Position numbers and translations under genes: made by a program. The notes beneath the pieces are model-generated. The model saw only the letters and a program-made list of their open reading frames with translations. It made no database searches and was not told where the DNA came from. DNA of 63,204 bases, filler included, from Sphacelaria rigidula (Eukaryota), in assembly GCA_964200075.2 (NCBI GenBank). It is 5 parts of 5 records of this genome, joined end to end, with 100 filler letters (N's around TTAATTAATTAA, not from the genome) between each part and the next. Parts side by side here need not be neighbours in the genome. Positions count along the whole stretch, not along the records: positions 12,662 to 25,222 come from CAXNAA020003626.1; positions 25,323 to 37,883 come from CAXNAA020003627.1; 3 more parts are not named here. The stretch is one strand, 5' to 3'. Of the stretch, positions 13,319 to 26,819 are shown piece after piece (position 1 is the first letter of the stretch; every line of letters starts with the position of its first letter).

Positions 13319-15651
13319 GAACATATCTCTCATATTGCACGTAGGGCGCCTATGTGTGCAGCAGTTGTGGTTTCCCCATATATATATTGTAATGAAGATG
13401 CATACTAGCCTGTTGTCATGCCGCTTCAGACCCGTTGTCGAAGTCTGGCTTTCGGTAATAGTGGGAATCCCAGTAGCCAAGATTGCAGGTCTGTTCAGAG
13501 TCGGTCGGGTTCGGATGTGAGCTTGTGTATCTGTGAAAGATGGCGAGATAGATCGGCTGGACCGATATAGCTCGCCCATCCCCCAGCACTATCAACTGCT
13601 CCTCTATTGCCCTCCAGCAAAACAAGTCTAACTGTCGGTGAGACGCATTGGGTTGAATTGGACTGATTGAGTGGGTACTGGAGTTAGAATCAAGATAATC
13701 AAGAGAGAAGTGAAAAACCTATTCGCGTGAACCTCGTCTGATATTTGGATACTGAGCAGGTCACACTGTATCTACAAGTTGTAGCAGCCTTACGGTTGTA
13801 CACTTGCCTACCAAGCTTGTGCCTTGGGTTGCAAGCTGTGTCGTTGCATTATACTGCCGCTTGCTCTTTATTACATTTGGCATTTGACTAAGGAGCTTCT
13901 TCTTTGGCTATTACGTTTCTTTCTTGTACCGATTTGTATCCCTGGCTGCCAGCTGTGTACTCCAGCTTTTTGATCATTTGCCCCTTTTCCCTTCAGGACA
14001 GTTTTAGTCAAATCTACCGCCCAGGTAGTCAGTAGCTCTACAAGCTTCTGACCCGCGTGTCTCTCGGTAAAGTGTATTCGCACCCTGCTACTTGCAATTG
14101 CTGTAGCGCTCGACGCCACATCTTGTGTGGCCAACGTGGGGTCAATGCGCACTGCATGCTATTCTAGCCGTGCTGTCAATTTGACACCACCTGCACATGG
14201 CCCAACGGTATCAGTTCGGTCTACACGTCTTTGAATATTTTCGTGATTCACCAGCCCGGCGCGACCACCGTTCCAAGCCGTCGTTGGCTCGTGTATCTGG
14301 CCTTGTGGCCCCCTTCCCTTCTGCAAAATGAGTCTTCAACTACAGGTTTGTACAGAACACCAGTGCACAAAGGCGCACTGTAGTTTATAGCCAGCCGCTG
14401 TTCCTGACCTGAGCTCCTGCCAAGCCGGCACGCTGCTACTCTTATTTTTCAGTATCGATTGTACGCGACTGTTGTATCTTTCCTTCACGAAATTACTGGG
14501 CAAGTACAAACCGTGTTCACACAGTGTGATAACGGACGTCTGTACACAAACTTTGGATTGTTCCGGCACTTTACCTTCGTTGCTCGTAGCGACCTTGTTG
14601 TTGTAGCTTTAGCTTCGTTGCTTGTGGCTACTTTGTTCTTGTTGTCCTCTTGTGCACTTCGCACAGCCGTAAGGCAACGCGGTACATCACCGTGGTAAGT
14701 AACAATACACAGCATAACGTACTGTGAGTTTTTTCTCCTTTGACACCTCTCGAACGAACAAATTTATTGTTCGGAGACAGTTTCGTTGCAATACTACTGG
14801 TTGAAACATTTCAACCTCCGTTACGTGCCTATTTGAAGAGACTGCACTCGAAATTGGTGCCCCTGGCCTGTGCACTACAACGTTTTCCGCACCCGCTCTC
14901 AGCGTTGCCCCTGTAGTGCATCACATCACCTTTGTTCCACATACATACGTTGTCTCAACTTCGTTGGATAACAAGCCTTCGCTCTGCACTACGCAGTCCG
15001 ATTTCGCAGTCTATAACCCAAGCTGTGTAAACGCTTTTGTGCTGCCTTACGCTGCACAGGTTTTGTGCGCATCTGCGAAAACAAATATATATACAATTAT
15101 TTTCATTTGCACACAGCCAGTCGTCCCTCAACTTGTGCTGGGATTATACAGTTATAGTCTGTCCGTGACGCTACACCCGGAACATGTGTAAGTTGTTCTT
15201 TCACGTACCAACGTCACTACAGACAATCGGGTCTTCGCTTGTCTTCGACGACATACGTATGTTGTATACACACCCCCGTGCTAGCTATTACCGCCACAAC
15301 TTGAATAAAGTTCTATTAATCAGACCCCGGACATAGTCGTTACAAACCGCAATTTTCTTGAATAAATTACTGAAGTAAATCAGGTCCCACGGCCCCCTCC
15401 GGTGCTATTAGGCTTCCTTATCCAGTATATCCGGATACAAGCTTCGGCTTTTGCACTTAGCATCTCTTGGCGTCACGCTCCTTGGATTAGAGCCCGCAGA
15501 TCAAACATACTGCACCTTCCATCTTTGAGCACAAAGGCTACGTACGATTATCATGTCGCACAAAAATAACGCTGGCTCCTCCCCTCAATTGGGAAACTAA
15601 CAGCTTCGCCGGACCTGGAGTCAAACTACTGGCGGTTCGAAATCTTTAGAG

Positions 15652-18600
15652 ATGAGCGGCACGCCACCTTCAACACATCGCCGCACGTATGCGAGCGCTG
15701 TTCGTTCTTCGGGATCTGAAGATCAACTTTCGAGCGAAGCTCATTCTTCAACGCTTGAAGACCAGACTTTGACGACGAGACCTGTTCTCTCACGTTCCGA
15801 CCCGGACCCAAAGAACATGGTAGTACAACCGGCCGAGTCATTGGTTCCTGACGCACATGTCAGTGAGCCCATAACGGTGGATTCCGTCGCACACCCCTCG
15901 CTGGCCCCTGCTCTCCCGAATCCCCATGTGGAATCCGGAGTTAGGATTGTGCCCTCAGTCGAGTCGTTGCCCTAGACACACGTGTCCAGCTTGACCCTGT
16001 CACGGTTGCTTCAACCGTGGCACCCCGTCACTTGACGGCTGACAACTCTCGAGACGATTCTGTCCCGACGACGCGCATCGCTTCTGGAGCAAGAGACTTT
16101 GTCACACGGGATGCTTCCGTTACGGACCCCCTTCGCACGACTCTTGATAGTCCCATGCCCCCTACTGCGCAGTCCAATGTCAAACCTGCAGCTGCGGCCA
16201 TGGATGCTGCCATGCAAACTCTGCATCGCACTTCCTCGGCGTCGTCGCCATCGCCAGCGCCAGCTCTCATCGAGGCATTTACGGCTTTTGCCACGCCACG
16301 CTCGAAGACCAGTCGGCGTTTGCTCATGTGTAATTCAGTGATGATTCTGCACCTGCCACGCCCAAAACCCATACGTCTGGCGACCCGTTCGGCGAGATCG
16401 CGTCCTCCGTTCGTCACTCATGACGAATTCAACGAACATGAGTCCAGCCCTTCCTCAACGTCGCAGCAGAGCCATACTCGCGCTTCTGACCGGCGCCGCA
16501 CACCAAGACTTGGTCATGACCATGTCTTCCGTTCTAGCAGTTCTAAGGGCCACTCCCAGCAAAGCTTGAATTCATCGCGCGCTTCCGCACGCCCGAACAA
16601 CATCGCTCATGGACACAAATATGACGGTAGTTCACGCCATAGTTCCAATTCATCTCGCGGTCCAAAGCGCCCGGTGAATGCTACCCATGGCCGTACTCAC
16701 GAGGATGCCTTGCGGCCCAGATCAAATTCTTCGCGCGTTAACTCGCGCTCGAACAACTCCGGTCATGCACCTTCGCGCATCTCTACTACTCAGCCTTTGT
16801 CACACAACCGTCATTTACGCAATGATAACACTGCACATGCTGACGATATCGAAAACATATTTTCGGGCATGTCACCGGCTTCGGAATCCTCAATTTCAGG
16901 ATCCGACCGCACCTCATCGCACAACCAACGACAACGCACGGACCGCGAACCACCGTCCCGTTCCGACGTTGCGTTTGTTCGTTCTCTGCAACAACGTTTG
17001 ACAGATCTTGAACGACAACTCGCAACAGCAACCATGGGCACCAAGTGCACTACCGCTGCTGCTAAGCCTACGAGGGAGACCACCAACGCCGCTCCCACTA
17101 CCGCCGCAGCCACCACTACCGTGGTCACTGCGCTTTCTGCCGCAGCAACTGCAACCACGACCCCAACTCCTGCTGCCGCCCAGCCTGCAGTAGACGCAGA
17201 TGCGGATAGTGGTCCCACCACTGGCCCTGTCGGGGACGTCTCCGTGCGCTCGCCTCCTTCGGTGGAGGATCTTCCTCCGCTCGGCCACGAGCATTGCCCC
17301 ACCGGGCTTTTCTTGAGATTATTCCAGGACCGCTCCCGCGCGTAACAAGAACAGCTTATTCGTGACTATGCGTTCCAAGCCCTGGTGCTAGCTCGCAACA
17401 TACCAGACCAGCAACGCAATGCTGACGAGGCTGCCGCCCGCCTTCGTTTGGAGGAACATGCTGCCAAGCTGAAGGAGTTTCAGCGACAGGCTTCACTTGC
17501 CCAAGCCACCAAGGATGGCGGCGCACAGGGCATTGCAGGAAGGGCATACTGCGGCCTTGACGGCACAAAGGAGGGTTTGCGAGCTACAAGATCATGTTCG
17601 GCGCACTACGCAAGAAGCTGATTCGTCGATAGCGCGGGTGACTCACCATCAAGCCTCCCCGCCGCCTTCCACCGACCACTTGCTTGAAGCTCGACCTCCT
17701 CGACAGCCCACGCCCGCCAGGTTGGACTACGTGATACCACGTAAGTCCGACAGGGCGTCATCTGTCGCGGCCGCCGCCGCCCCCACGCCGCCTTGTGCAC
17801 CTGGCCCGGCGGTCACTGCCAGCCCCACCACACGCTTGCAAATTGCATCACACGAACGAGTGTGGCTTTCTCGGTCTGCGGCCGATTATACTGGCCCCTT
17901 TCACCGAAACAATCACTTGCACTGTTCCCGCCACGCTTGGAACACCATATCCCAACGCATGCTAGCCGTTATTGGTGGCTACGTGGAACAGGGCGGCTTC
18001 TTCCCGGACGCCGGCGTGTCGGCGATTACCTTGGGCCAACTAGTCCTCCAGGCGACAATCGGCGATAGTCCGCATCTCCACCGGTACGTCGACACTGTCA
18101 CCAACCTTTTTGCGGCGCTACGCGCCGCTTCCACCTCTGATCCCGTCGCGACTCTCCCCGACGAAAACGAAGATGAGGATAGGTGGGCCACCACGACCTC
18201 CAATTGCCGGGGTCACAAGAAGAATCACCGTCGCGATGACGATGACAACAATGGCGGGAATTCACGCCGCCGCCATGGCGGTGGAGGATCCTCTTCGGGC
18301 GGCTCTGGATTAAACCGCCCGCCCCGCAAGCCGAAAGGCAAGCACACCGGAGGCAACTCTTCCGGATCATCCGCATCGGCCTGGAACCGGTTCAGTGCAG
18401 CTCTTTCCGCCTCGGGCTCGGAGACCCCCAAGCAAGTGGTTCCTAAGTTGGCTGATGTTTCGGCCCGCATTTTAGGCTTGCCCGATACGGATACACCTGA
18501 CCGTCCTTTGCCTTCTACTGCAGCCCGCGTTCTAGCAACCGCCGCGGCTGATAAAGAACGTTCGGAAGCTAGCAAAAAATCAGCTTCCGATAGAGCTGAG

Positions 18601-19986
18601 TCTGCCCGAGTAGCTGTAATACAAAGACAGTATATTCAGATGGATGTGAAAGAACTCTGGCACATCAAAACCATGCCTGCCGCGGATAACGAAGATTCGG
18701 GCTAGTTTACTTCTGCCCTCATCACGTCCATCCGCCGCACTGTTTGTAACATCCTTCACTTGGCGGATGTGACTGGCACACAACGTTTCGAAGATTCCGA
18801 CTGGGTAGAGGGCTGGCAGACCCCCTTGCACAAAGCAATGCATCGATCGATCAGCCGCCGCTCTCCCGACCTCGCTGCTTCTTTGACGCAGGTTCTCGAC
18901 AGATTCCTCGCCGAGATGGACCCGGATTGTGCCAAGGGGAAGACAGGCCCGATATCACTCTCTGATTTGGAGAAGTGTCTGATCGGTAACTTCGATGAAC
19001 GTGACCAGGCTAGTGCCATCCAGAGGCTGAGTTCCTTTGTTGTCGTCTCTGGTGTCCCTTTCGCGGACTATCTCCGCGAATTCAAGCTTTTGGTTTCGGG
19101 TACGACGGGAGTCGGACGTCAGAACGGACCGAGTGACGCAATGTGTCAGATTTACGTCCGCAATAGCGTTGCTCGGCAGTATCCGGCTCTGATGCCGTCG
19201 TTGTTTCCGGGTGTCTTGGCGCATCGCGAGGTGCCTTACGCCTCCGTTGATACTATGTGGTCTGCTTTTGTACACCAAGCGGGTAATCTAACGCTTGCCA
19301 TACGTGGCAAACCTTCAACGTCTGTGCGTTCACAACCTACGGTTGTGTCTTCCGCTCATGCCCAAGGGGCTCGCGGCAGGAATTCGAGCTCGCCTCGCGC
19401 TTCATGGACCCCCGACTCAGTCGCCGGTTCAGTTATGCATGTTCAGAGCACCAGAGATGCACTTAGCGCGAGTTTAGACGGTTGGCCGTTTTCCGAGGAA
19501 ACTTGGAATGATGTTTATTTGACTTCAACGACGGCATTCATAACCGATGAGCCCTATTTATGGAACCCACTTCTTTCGTCTTCCGCTAGACGCAATGCCT
19601 TCAGCAGTCATGCCAACACTTGCATCAACTGTAGCGTTCAAGGGCACAGCATGCGCGACTGTAACAGTCCATGCATCAATGCCTGTGATCTAATGAACCC
19701 TGAATTGCAGGACAATGAACCCGCGTGGCACCGATGGCAAAAACTCATGCGCGATCATCGTCCACCAACTCGATTTTACCGCAACAACTCGAACCACCGT
19801 GGCAACAAGAGCTCTAATCGCGGTCGCCGACATAACAACAATCACGGAAAGCCTCGCCAGAACGATCAAAATTCTCGCGACAACAAACGTCCCGCTGATA
19901 GACACCAGCGGACGGGACCGACACAAAGTTCTAATCCCAACACCAGAAACCCTGGTACCTTCACTTCGGATCGCTTAGATCCATGA
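15652..19986 (+). pseudogene. gag: Gypsy gag-like region, broken into four or more ORFs
   Basis: ORFs 15652-15975, 16017-17345, 17497-18705 and 18760-19986. Capsid-like segment FADYLREFKLLV; zinc knuckle CINCSVQGHSMRDC (CX2CX4HX4C) at ~19621-19662, followed by a basic R/N-rich tail. Confidence 0.75.
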
Positions 19987-20043
19987 CGTGCCGACGCCAG
20001 CGTTCTTCGGTCTTCCACGCCGTCGATAGCACGAGCGAAGACT

Positions 20044-20262
20044 TTTTCAACACAGCCCGCGGAATCCGTGTTGAAAATTCCTGACTCGACTGCCCCGGCA
20101 CTATCCAGGAGCATAACTGACGGCCGTTCATATCGACCCCCCGTCCCGAATCTCCGCACAATTTTCAACACAGCCCGCAGAGCCCGCGACTAAGATTGTC
20201 CGCCCCGCTCTCCCGGCACTCTGCAGGAGCGTAACTGACGGCCGTTCAAATCGACCCCCGTC
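20044..20262 (+). repeat. ~118-bp tandem duplication between gag and protease
   Basis: ttttcaacacagcccgc...ccggcact..caggagc.taactgacggccgttca.atcgaccccc at 20044 and 20162. Confidence 0.75.
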
Positions 20263-20464
20263 TTCGTCTCTCCACACACCGCGTAACAGTTGTGACACCC
20301 CGCGACTCAGACCTACACTCGGCACTGAACTTGGTCCTTTAGTACCGAGTATAAGTCTGAGGTGTGGGAAGACCAACCGCCAGTCCCTGAGGCAAAGACT
20401 TCCCTCAGCGACCGCACGCACAGGTAGCAGCAAGCCTTTTTCAGCTGACCCAAGTGTTGCTGAT

Positions 20465-23400
20465 TTGAACCTAACCACATCGGATCATGTAATTCCCAAT
20501 CAGTTCGATCGGGCTCCTTCCCCGCGATTTTCAAGACGCACGGACCTACCTTCGGCCGATTTTATTAACAACCGCCCCAACATATCTTCGGCTATGCCCC
20601 AACAGCCAAACTTGCCTACGGAAAGCAACCCACAAGTTTCGCTCCGTCATGCCCCGATGCTGACCCCATCCACGCAACTGGACGCAGTTGTGGTTTCATC
20701 CCCAAATGTTCTGGAAGTTCCCCGACCTTCGTCACGGCGGAAGAGAATACCCCGTAAGCACGTCCCCAAGGACGCGCGCGCATCATTACGTACACCTCTT
20801 GAGAGCGGAAATCCTCGACCTCAATCTTTCCAAAATGCGACGACTTTGAGCTCGACGGCTCTATCAAGTATCCCCGAAGAAACAAAATCCCATGATTCTA
20901 ACGGCACTACTTCTCCAATCGACGGCTCCAGCCCCGCACATCCTGGATCCCCCTTCGACGGTGATCCCTGTCAACCAAAGACGATCATTTACGAAATCGT
21001 CAATGACCGTGCCACGCCTGGAAATAATATTCTGTCCACCCCCTTCTCTGGTGAGACGATTGACCCACAGGCGGATCACCTGCCGTGCGTTTTTACTCTC
21101 AGCCCCGCTGATCCTGACCAGTTTACCTTGCCGGAACACGGTCCGGATCTTGTCGGCGGCAAAGTGTCTGTCGCTCCGGCCACGTTTACTACTCGCGTTG
21201 CGATCCATGCCGGTCCAAACGCTATCACGCCTACGAAATGCGTATCCTTGTTGGACAGCGGCAGCCCGCAAACATTCATTAGAGAATCAACATGGAAAGA
21301 CATGAAACAGACCGGCGCTGCTACTGCAGCTTGCGAAACCACCACCAAACCTCGCGTGTGGGGCGGTTTCGGTGACTCGGCCGCGCCACTGACAACACGT
21401 AAATCCGTACGTCTCAGTGTTCAATTCCTTCACAACACCCCTCGATCTGCCAGCCTCGCAGTCAGGGCATACGTTGTCCCCGACAGCACCATGCATCACG
21501 CCATATTATTGGGCAGAGATAGCTATATGCGGTTTAATAAAGGCACCTCCCGCACGCTTCCGCCACTAACGCCACATTCCCCGCCGCGTGGAGAATTCAA
21601 CCTCGAGCATTTCGGTACTCTCGACGGCGCCCTGGCTTATCAGGAGAATCCTCAAGCAACCGAAGCTGCTTACCACTTACGATATAACGGTAGTGTGGGT
21701 ATCACACTCTCCGACGACCCCCAACTTCTTGAAGTTACACTAGTTCGCCGAAATGGCATGCCAGCACTCACTGGCCATTATCTTGCCGGAATGTTACCCC
21801 GTATTGGCGCACCAGCCGACACAGAACATTTTGTGTCTGCGGGACAACAACTCCTCCTTCTTACGGGCCATGCTAACTTGGAACCCGGCGATGTTTTAGG
21901 AATCGCCGCTGCTCCTCTGATGCACATCCCACTCGAGACGTGCGTCACAGAGCCTGCCGCACCAAACACCACATCTCCGGCGGAGTCAGTACATTGTGTC
22001 GATGAGCCTTGTTTCGATGTCGCCTCTGCTACTCCACCGCAGGTCCACACCGTGGATCCCGCCCAGTCAAATTCCGATCCTCCTGCTGAAGTGCTTCAAC
22101 GCTCATCACCAGATTCTCGGAATAGCTTCTTGCACATGTGGTACCAACTGCCGCGACACATGCGCGACATCAATTTTGACCTTCATGGGTCCGGCTGGGA
22201 ACCGGCAGTCATCCAAGAACTCAGTGATGCCCTGCTACAGTACCAAGACCGATTTTCCCGATCCAACACGGATGTTGGGCATTGCAAAACACTGCCCTTT
22301 TAGGTTACCCTCCAACCCGGTGCCTCGCCGATTTCTTCTCGGCCATACCGCACCAACCCAATCCTTATCAAGAAAGTTAACGCCATCTTGGATGCGTATT
22401 TGGGAGCGGGACTAATCCAACATCCCTTCTCTCCTTGGGCCTCGCCACTTGTGGTCGTCCAAAAAAGGACGGAAACATACGCATTACCGTGAATTATCAA
22501 CGGTTGAACCGCGTCACTGTCGTCGGTAAACTTTCAATTTCTCGCATTGATGAAGTCTTCGACTCCTTAGGCAAAGGCAATATATTCAGCACCTTCACCG
22601 ACCTCCGTCTGGATTTTTTCAGAATGCTATACACCCTGACACAGTTCCACTGACGGCTTTTTGCACCTCGTCCGGAATCTATGAGTGGCTTCGCATGCCA
22701 CAAGGCGCCGCCACTGCCCCGGGATGCTTTCAACGCTTAATGCAACGCGTCACCGAGGGCCTCGAGCACATCATCATGTACCTGAATGACGCTATCGCTT
22801 TCGATGCCTCACCTATTGCACATATACGCACTCTACGATAATTTCTCTCTCGCCTACGTACGCACGATTTGAAACTGTCTCCATCCAAAGCTCGCCTTGG
22901 CGCGACTGACTTGGATTTCTTGCGGCATTCCATTTCGCCAGCAGGCCTGCATGCGTTTACAAACAAAGTCAAGGCGATGACTGATTTGCCGATGCCAACT
23001 AACATTTCGCAACTTTGCTCATTGTTGGGTGGGCTATCCTACTACCGCAATTTTTTGCCGAATTTATCGAAACAGATTCGTCCCCTTACTGAGCTACTCA
23101 AGAAAGGAGCCGTGTTTTCTTTCACCACAGAAATGGAGACTATCGCCCGCGAATTACTCAAGACGCTTACCGAAAAGCCCGTACTTTGCTTTCCTGATTG
23201 GGAGGCAGTACAAGATGGCTCCCGCCTTTTCCAACTCCATACTGACGCCAGCACAAATGGTTTTGGAAAAAGTTTGAGTCAACCTCAGGTTGATGGTTCT
23301 GTCCGACCCATCCTCTATATCAGCCGCGCTACGCTGCCCAACGAGGCCAATTGGAGCTCGCTAGAACTGGAAGGCGGAGTAATCACTTGGGCCATTAAGC

Positions 23401-25222
23401 GCCCCCGACAATATCGGTTTCACGTGCCCTTCGAGATCTCTATACGGATCACGGAGAACTTGAACAACTCGCCAAGGTTGGTAAACACAACCCTCGTGTA
23501 CAACGATGGTTGGAATTTCTAACAGCATACCAGTATACCATTAAGCACCGTCCAAGCAAAACCAACGGGAACGCGGATCTTCTTTCCCGCCTGCCTCTGC
23601 CGCCTACGGCCGCAGATTCCAGCCCGGCTTGCCGTTTAACGGAACCCGATGAACCTGGAATTTACGCGATCAGACGTTTTTCAACGCCCGTTTACGCCCT
23701 CGACCTCCAGTGCCCGGAAACAGGTATGCATAGGGGAGGACCTCACCCTCTACCATATGACGTCGTCTCGGGTGGGTTAAAGCCCACTCTCTCGGATTTT
23801 GTCGATTTTCGCACTTTTAGTACACGCGCGAAACTCTTCGCGGGGACACCCCCAGTCACCCACCTTATCTCCGACAACACGCGCTCCCGGTCTGCCGCCC
23901 GCACCACACCGAGTGCCTCGCCGCCACCGACAACACCTTCAACCTCTACGAGCCACCCGACACAAGTTCCGCGGACCAACACGCAAAGCTCCGCGAAAAC
24001 TTCTGCACCGTGCGCCACGCGCCGCGGACAACCTTCGCCGCGCACTGAAACAACCCCGCCGCCAATGACGGCGCCGCAAACATCTTCTGCCCCCGAGCAC
24101 GGAACTGACGCCTCGTCTCCTGCTCCCGAGACAGATATTGACGTCGGCATTTCTGCCCCGTCGCCTGTTCCCCCGCCGCCTGCCCCACCATGTTTGGTCG
24201 GCTCGCCAGCGGAAGGCCAACTACGCGAGTTTCTCGCCAGCTACTCCCACCGTGATTGGGCTCGTGAACAAAACGAAGAACCGCTATGTCGCGCAGCCTT
24301 TCGGTACTTACAGCTTGACTGTCCAGTCCCATTTCCGTCCAAACTTCTGGCCCCGGTTGGAACACAGCCACCGCCAGTTATTTCTGACGTATACGAGCTC
24401 GTGCGTAAAGGCATCCTTTTTACTACGAATGAAGGCGTGCAACTACTCGTACGTCGGCCCACGCCCTTGACAGGCGCAACTGCCGCCTCAACTCCGGGAC
24501 GCACCGCTCGACTACTCAATGACGAACCAACGCGCATATATGTGCTATTATTAATGCGTCCCTGGGTCATCAAAGGCTGCCATACAGACTTGTCATGCCA
24601 CCTTGGTGTCACCCGCACCCTCGCGCTCTTGGAACGCTTCTACTGGTGGGTTGGCATGGAAATTTCCACCCGATTTTGGATTCGGCGATGATTTAAATGC
24701 CAAGCCCGAAAAACTTCACGACAGACAGTACGCTGGCCCGTGATAACTATGGGACTTCCCGACGAGCCCGGCCACCTTGTGTCCTTTGACTACTTCGGCC
24801 CTCTCCCGACCACAGGTCGCGGCAATACCTATATCTTACTCTTCACTGACCGCTTTAGCCGCCACGCGTCCATGTACGCGGTAACCGCCGCAGATTTCAC
24901 TGCCGCCGGAACGGCCGACATACTGGTCCATGATTACATTAAGCACTACGGTTACCCGAAGCGACTACTTTCAGACAATGGTCAGCAATTTTGTTCAGAC
25001 CTCTCGGATGAGCTTTACAAGCTCCTGGGCATCCGTAAAATTGCCACGAGCGCCTACCACCCAACCGGTAACGGTGGTACCGAAAGAGTTCATCACACCA
25101 TGGCCCAGATGCTCTCTATGGTTGTCAATGACCGCCAAAATGACTGGGACCTACATCTCTCGCACATCATGTTGTCCTACAACAACTCGGTTAATGCCGC
25201 CACAGGCCTTTCTCCGAACGAA
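20465..25222 (+). pseudogene. pol: Gypsy pol (PR-RT-RH-IN), disrupted
   Basis: Protease LLDSGS..ILLGRD; RT SPWASPLVVV..RITVNYQRLN..RMPQG..MYLND (YxDD altered); RNase H FQLHTDAS..ELEGG..NADLLSR; integrase H-x5-H..YWW and rve core VSFDYFGPLP..FTDRFSR..SDNGQQF..YHPTGNGGTER. In-frame stops at ~22303 and ~24691 plus frameshifts. Confidence 0.92.
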
Positions 25223-25322
25223 NNNNNNNNNNNNNNNNNNNNNNNNNNNNNNNNNNNNNNNNNNNNTTAATTAATTAANNNNNNNNNNNNNNNNNNNNNN
25301 NNNNNNNNNNNNNNNNNNNNNN
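25223..25322. other. Artificial contig spacer
   Basis: Same N/TTAATTAATTAA 100-bp linker. Confidence 0.97.
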
Positions 25323-25561
25323 TCGCTCGCTGTCTGCGTGGTAGCCGGTCGTTGCGGCCGCGCTGCGCGGCGGCGCGTCTGGCTGTGCCGCGGAAGCTGA
25401 TCATCAATACCACCGACTGCGAGAAAGTCTCATCTTCGCAGCGACAAATCAGCATCCACGTACCCTTGAACACAGCTTCCCAGTAATACCGCCATTTGGA
25501 CCGGTAAACATTCGTCTTGGGCGCGGGCGTCACGTGAACGGCATGCCCTTTCCGGGTGGTC
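25323..25561 (-). CDS. Probable next exon of the PH-domain gene, running toward the contig end
   Basis: TAG acceptor before 25561 matches the phase-2 donor at 26373; reads TTRKGHAVHVTPAPKTNVYRSKWRYYWEAVFK.. with no stop before the spacer. The 3' boundary is uncertain. Confidence 0.5.
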
Positions 25562-26234
25562 CTACCTCACATCTTGTTTAGTGACTGTTTCACGTGGGTG
25601 TTGGACTAGAAATTTTCCCTTCTTTTCTTTAGGCACAGAACAGGTAACACATCGGTAACACATCGCACTTTTTCGAGTGACGATGTCAGCCTTCTTCATC
25701 CCAGAAAAGGGTTGGGCCATAATATGTACACTGAAAGAGTAAGCCGAAATTCCGATTTCCTGATGATAACCCACAACATAAAAGAAAAGTATTGGAGAAG
25801 CTGCGGGAGGAGGGGATCGGGTTATAACGGGAGGGTAACGTGCAGTCGCCGTCTTGTGATCTTAGTTTCGCCCAGGGTGTGGAAAGGTGGAGAGCACACA
25901 ACACAAACGGGGACAGCAACGAGAAACTAGGAGCGAATGTTGGCGCTGGCGTCGTGGGAGACAGGGCGGAGGGCGGGGGTCTTGAACAGTACATGGTATC
26001 CAGGCAGAGGAGGTCGCTTTCACGTCACAATTAAAAAAAACAAGGAACCAAAATAAAACCACGACCAGAAGCAATCGCATGAGTTAGGGGGACACATGCT
26101 TCAACGACAACAACACCATCTCACCTTACTGACACATCATCATCAACAACAACAACAAAAGCAACAACACGCACGGCGACACAAGTTCAACAACGCACAT
26201 CAATGACGACAGCAACACCCCTCTCATCCAACTG

Positions 26235-26235
26235 A

Positions 26236-26284
<49 letters not shown>
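26235..26284. repeat. (CAT)n microsatellite in an intron
   Basis: Directly visible. Confidence 0.9.
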
Positions 26285-26373
26285 GAAAACAATAATCGTA
26301 ATCCAGTGACAACAAGCCAGCACCACGTACATCATGGGGAAAAAAACGCCGCCACAAATGCGTACACGCATAC

Positions 26374-26775
26374 CTATAGGTATCTAGAACGCTGACGCTC
26401 CGTATTCGCCCCCCCCCACTCCCAACGCCACCCCCACCCGCTACAGGAATTGCACCGCCTGCCCCCCTCGTCGGTCCGTCTGATGCAACCGCGAGCGCCG
26501 CCAAGGCCTCGGTATACTTGGATCGATAAGACACCACTGTACCCTCATTAAGGATCTCCTGTCGTCCGCAGTCAAAAAATTCAAGCCAAAAGAGGGAGAA
26601 CAGGAGGGTGCGCGCGAGATGGGGGAGTGGGGAAGGAAATAAGATGCTTGCGGAGAAACGTACAAAGATATGATACTTTGAAAACACATTGGGAGGATCA
26701 CTGCGGTCGGTATGCTCAGCCATCAACATTTATTCGTGTATTGCCTGTATCATGACTACTGAGCAACGAATGCAA

Positions 26776-26819
<44 letters not shown>

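Larger units (their letters stand above)
15652..25222 (+). mobile_element. Ty3/Gypsy LTR retrotransposon internal region, decayed and cut by contig end
   Basis: Domain order gag (CCHC) - protease - RT - RNase H - integrase is diagnostic of Ty3/Gypsy. Several stops and frameshifts. LTRs cannot be delimited because the 3' end is missing. Confidence 0.93.

Noticed and set aside
25223-25561. Gypsy element inserted into the PH-domain gene
   Set aside because: Adjacency is across an artificial spacer between unrelated contigs.
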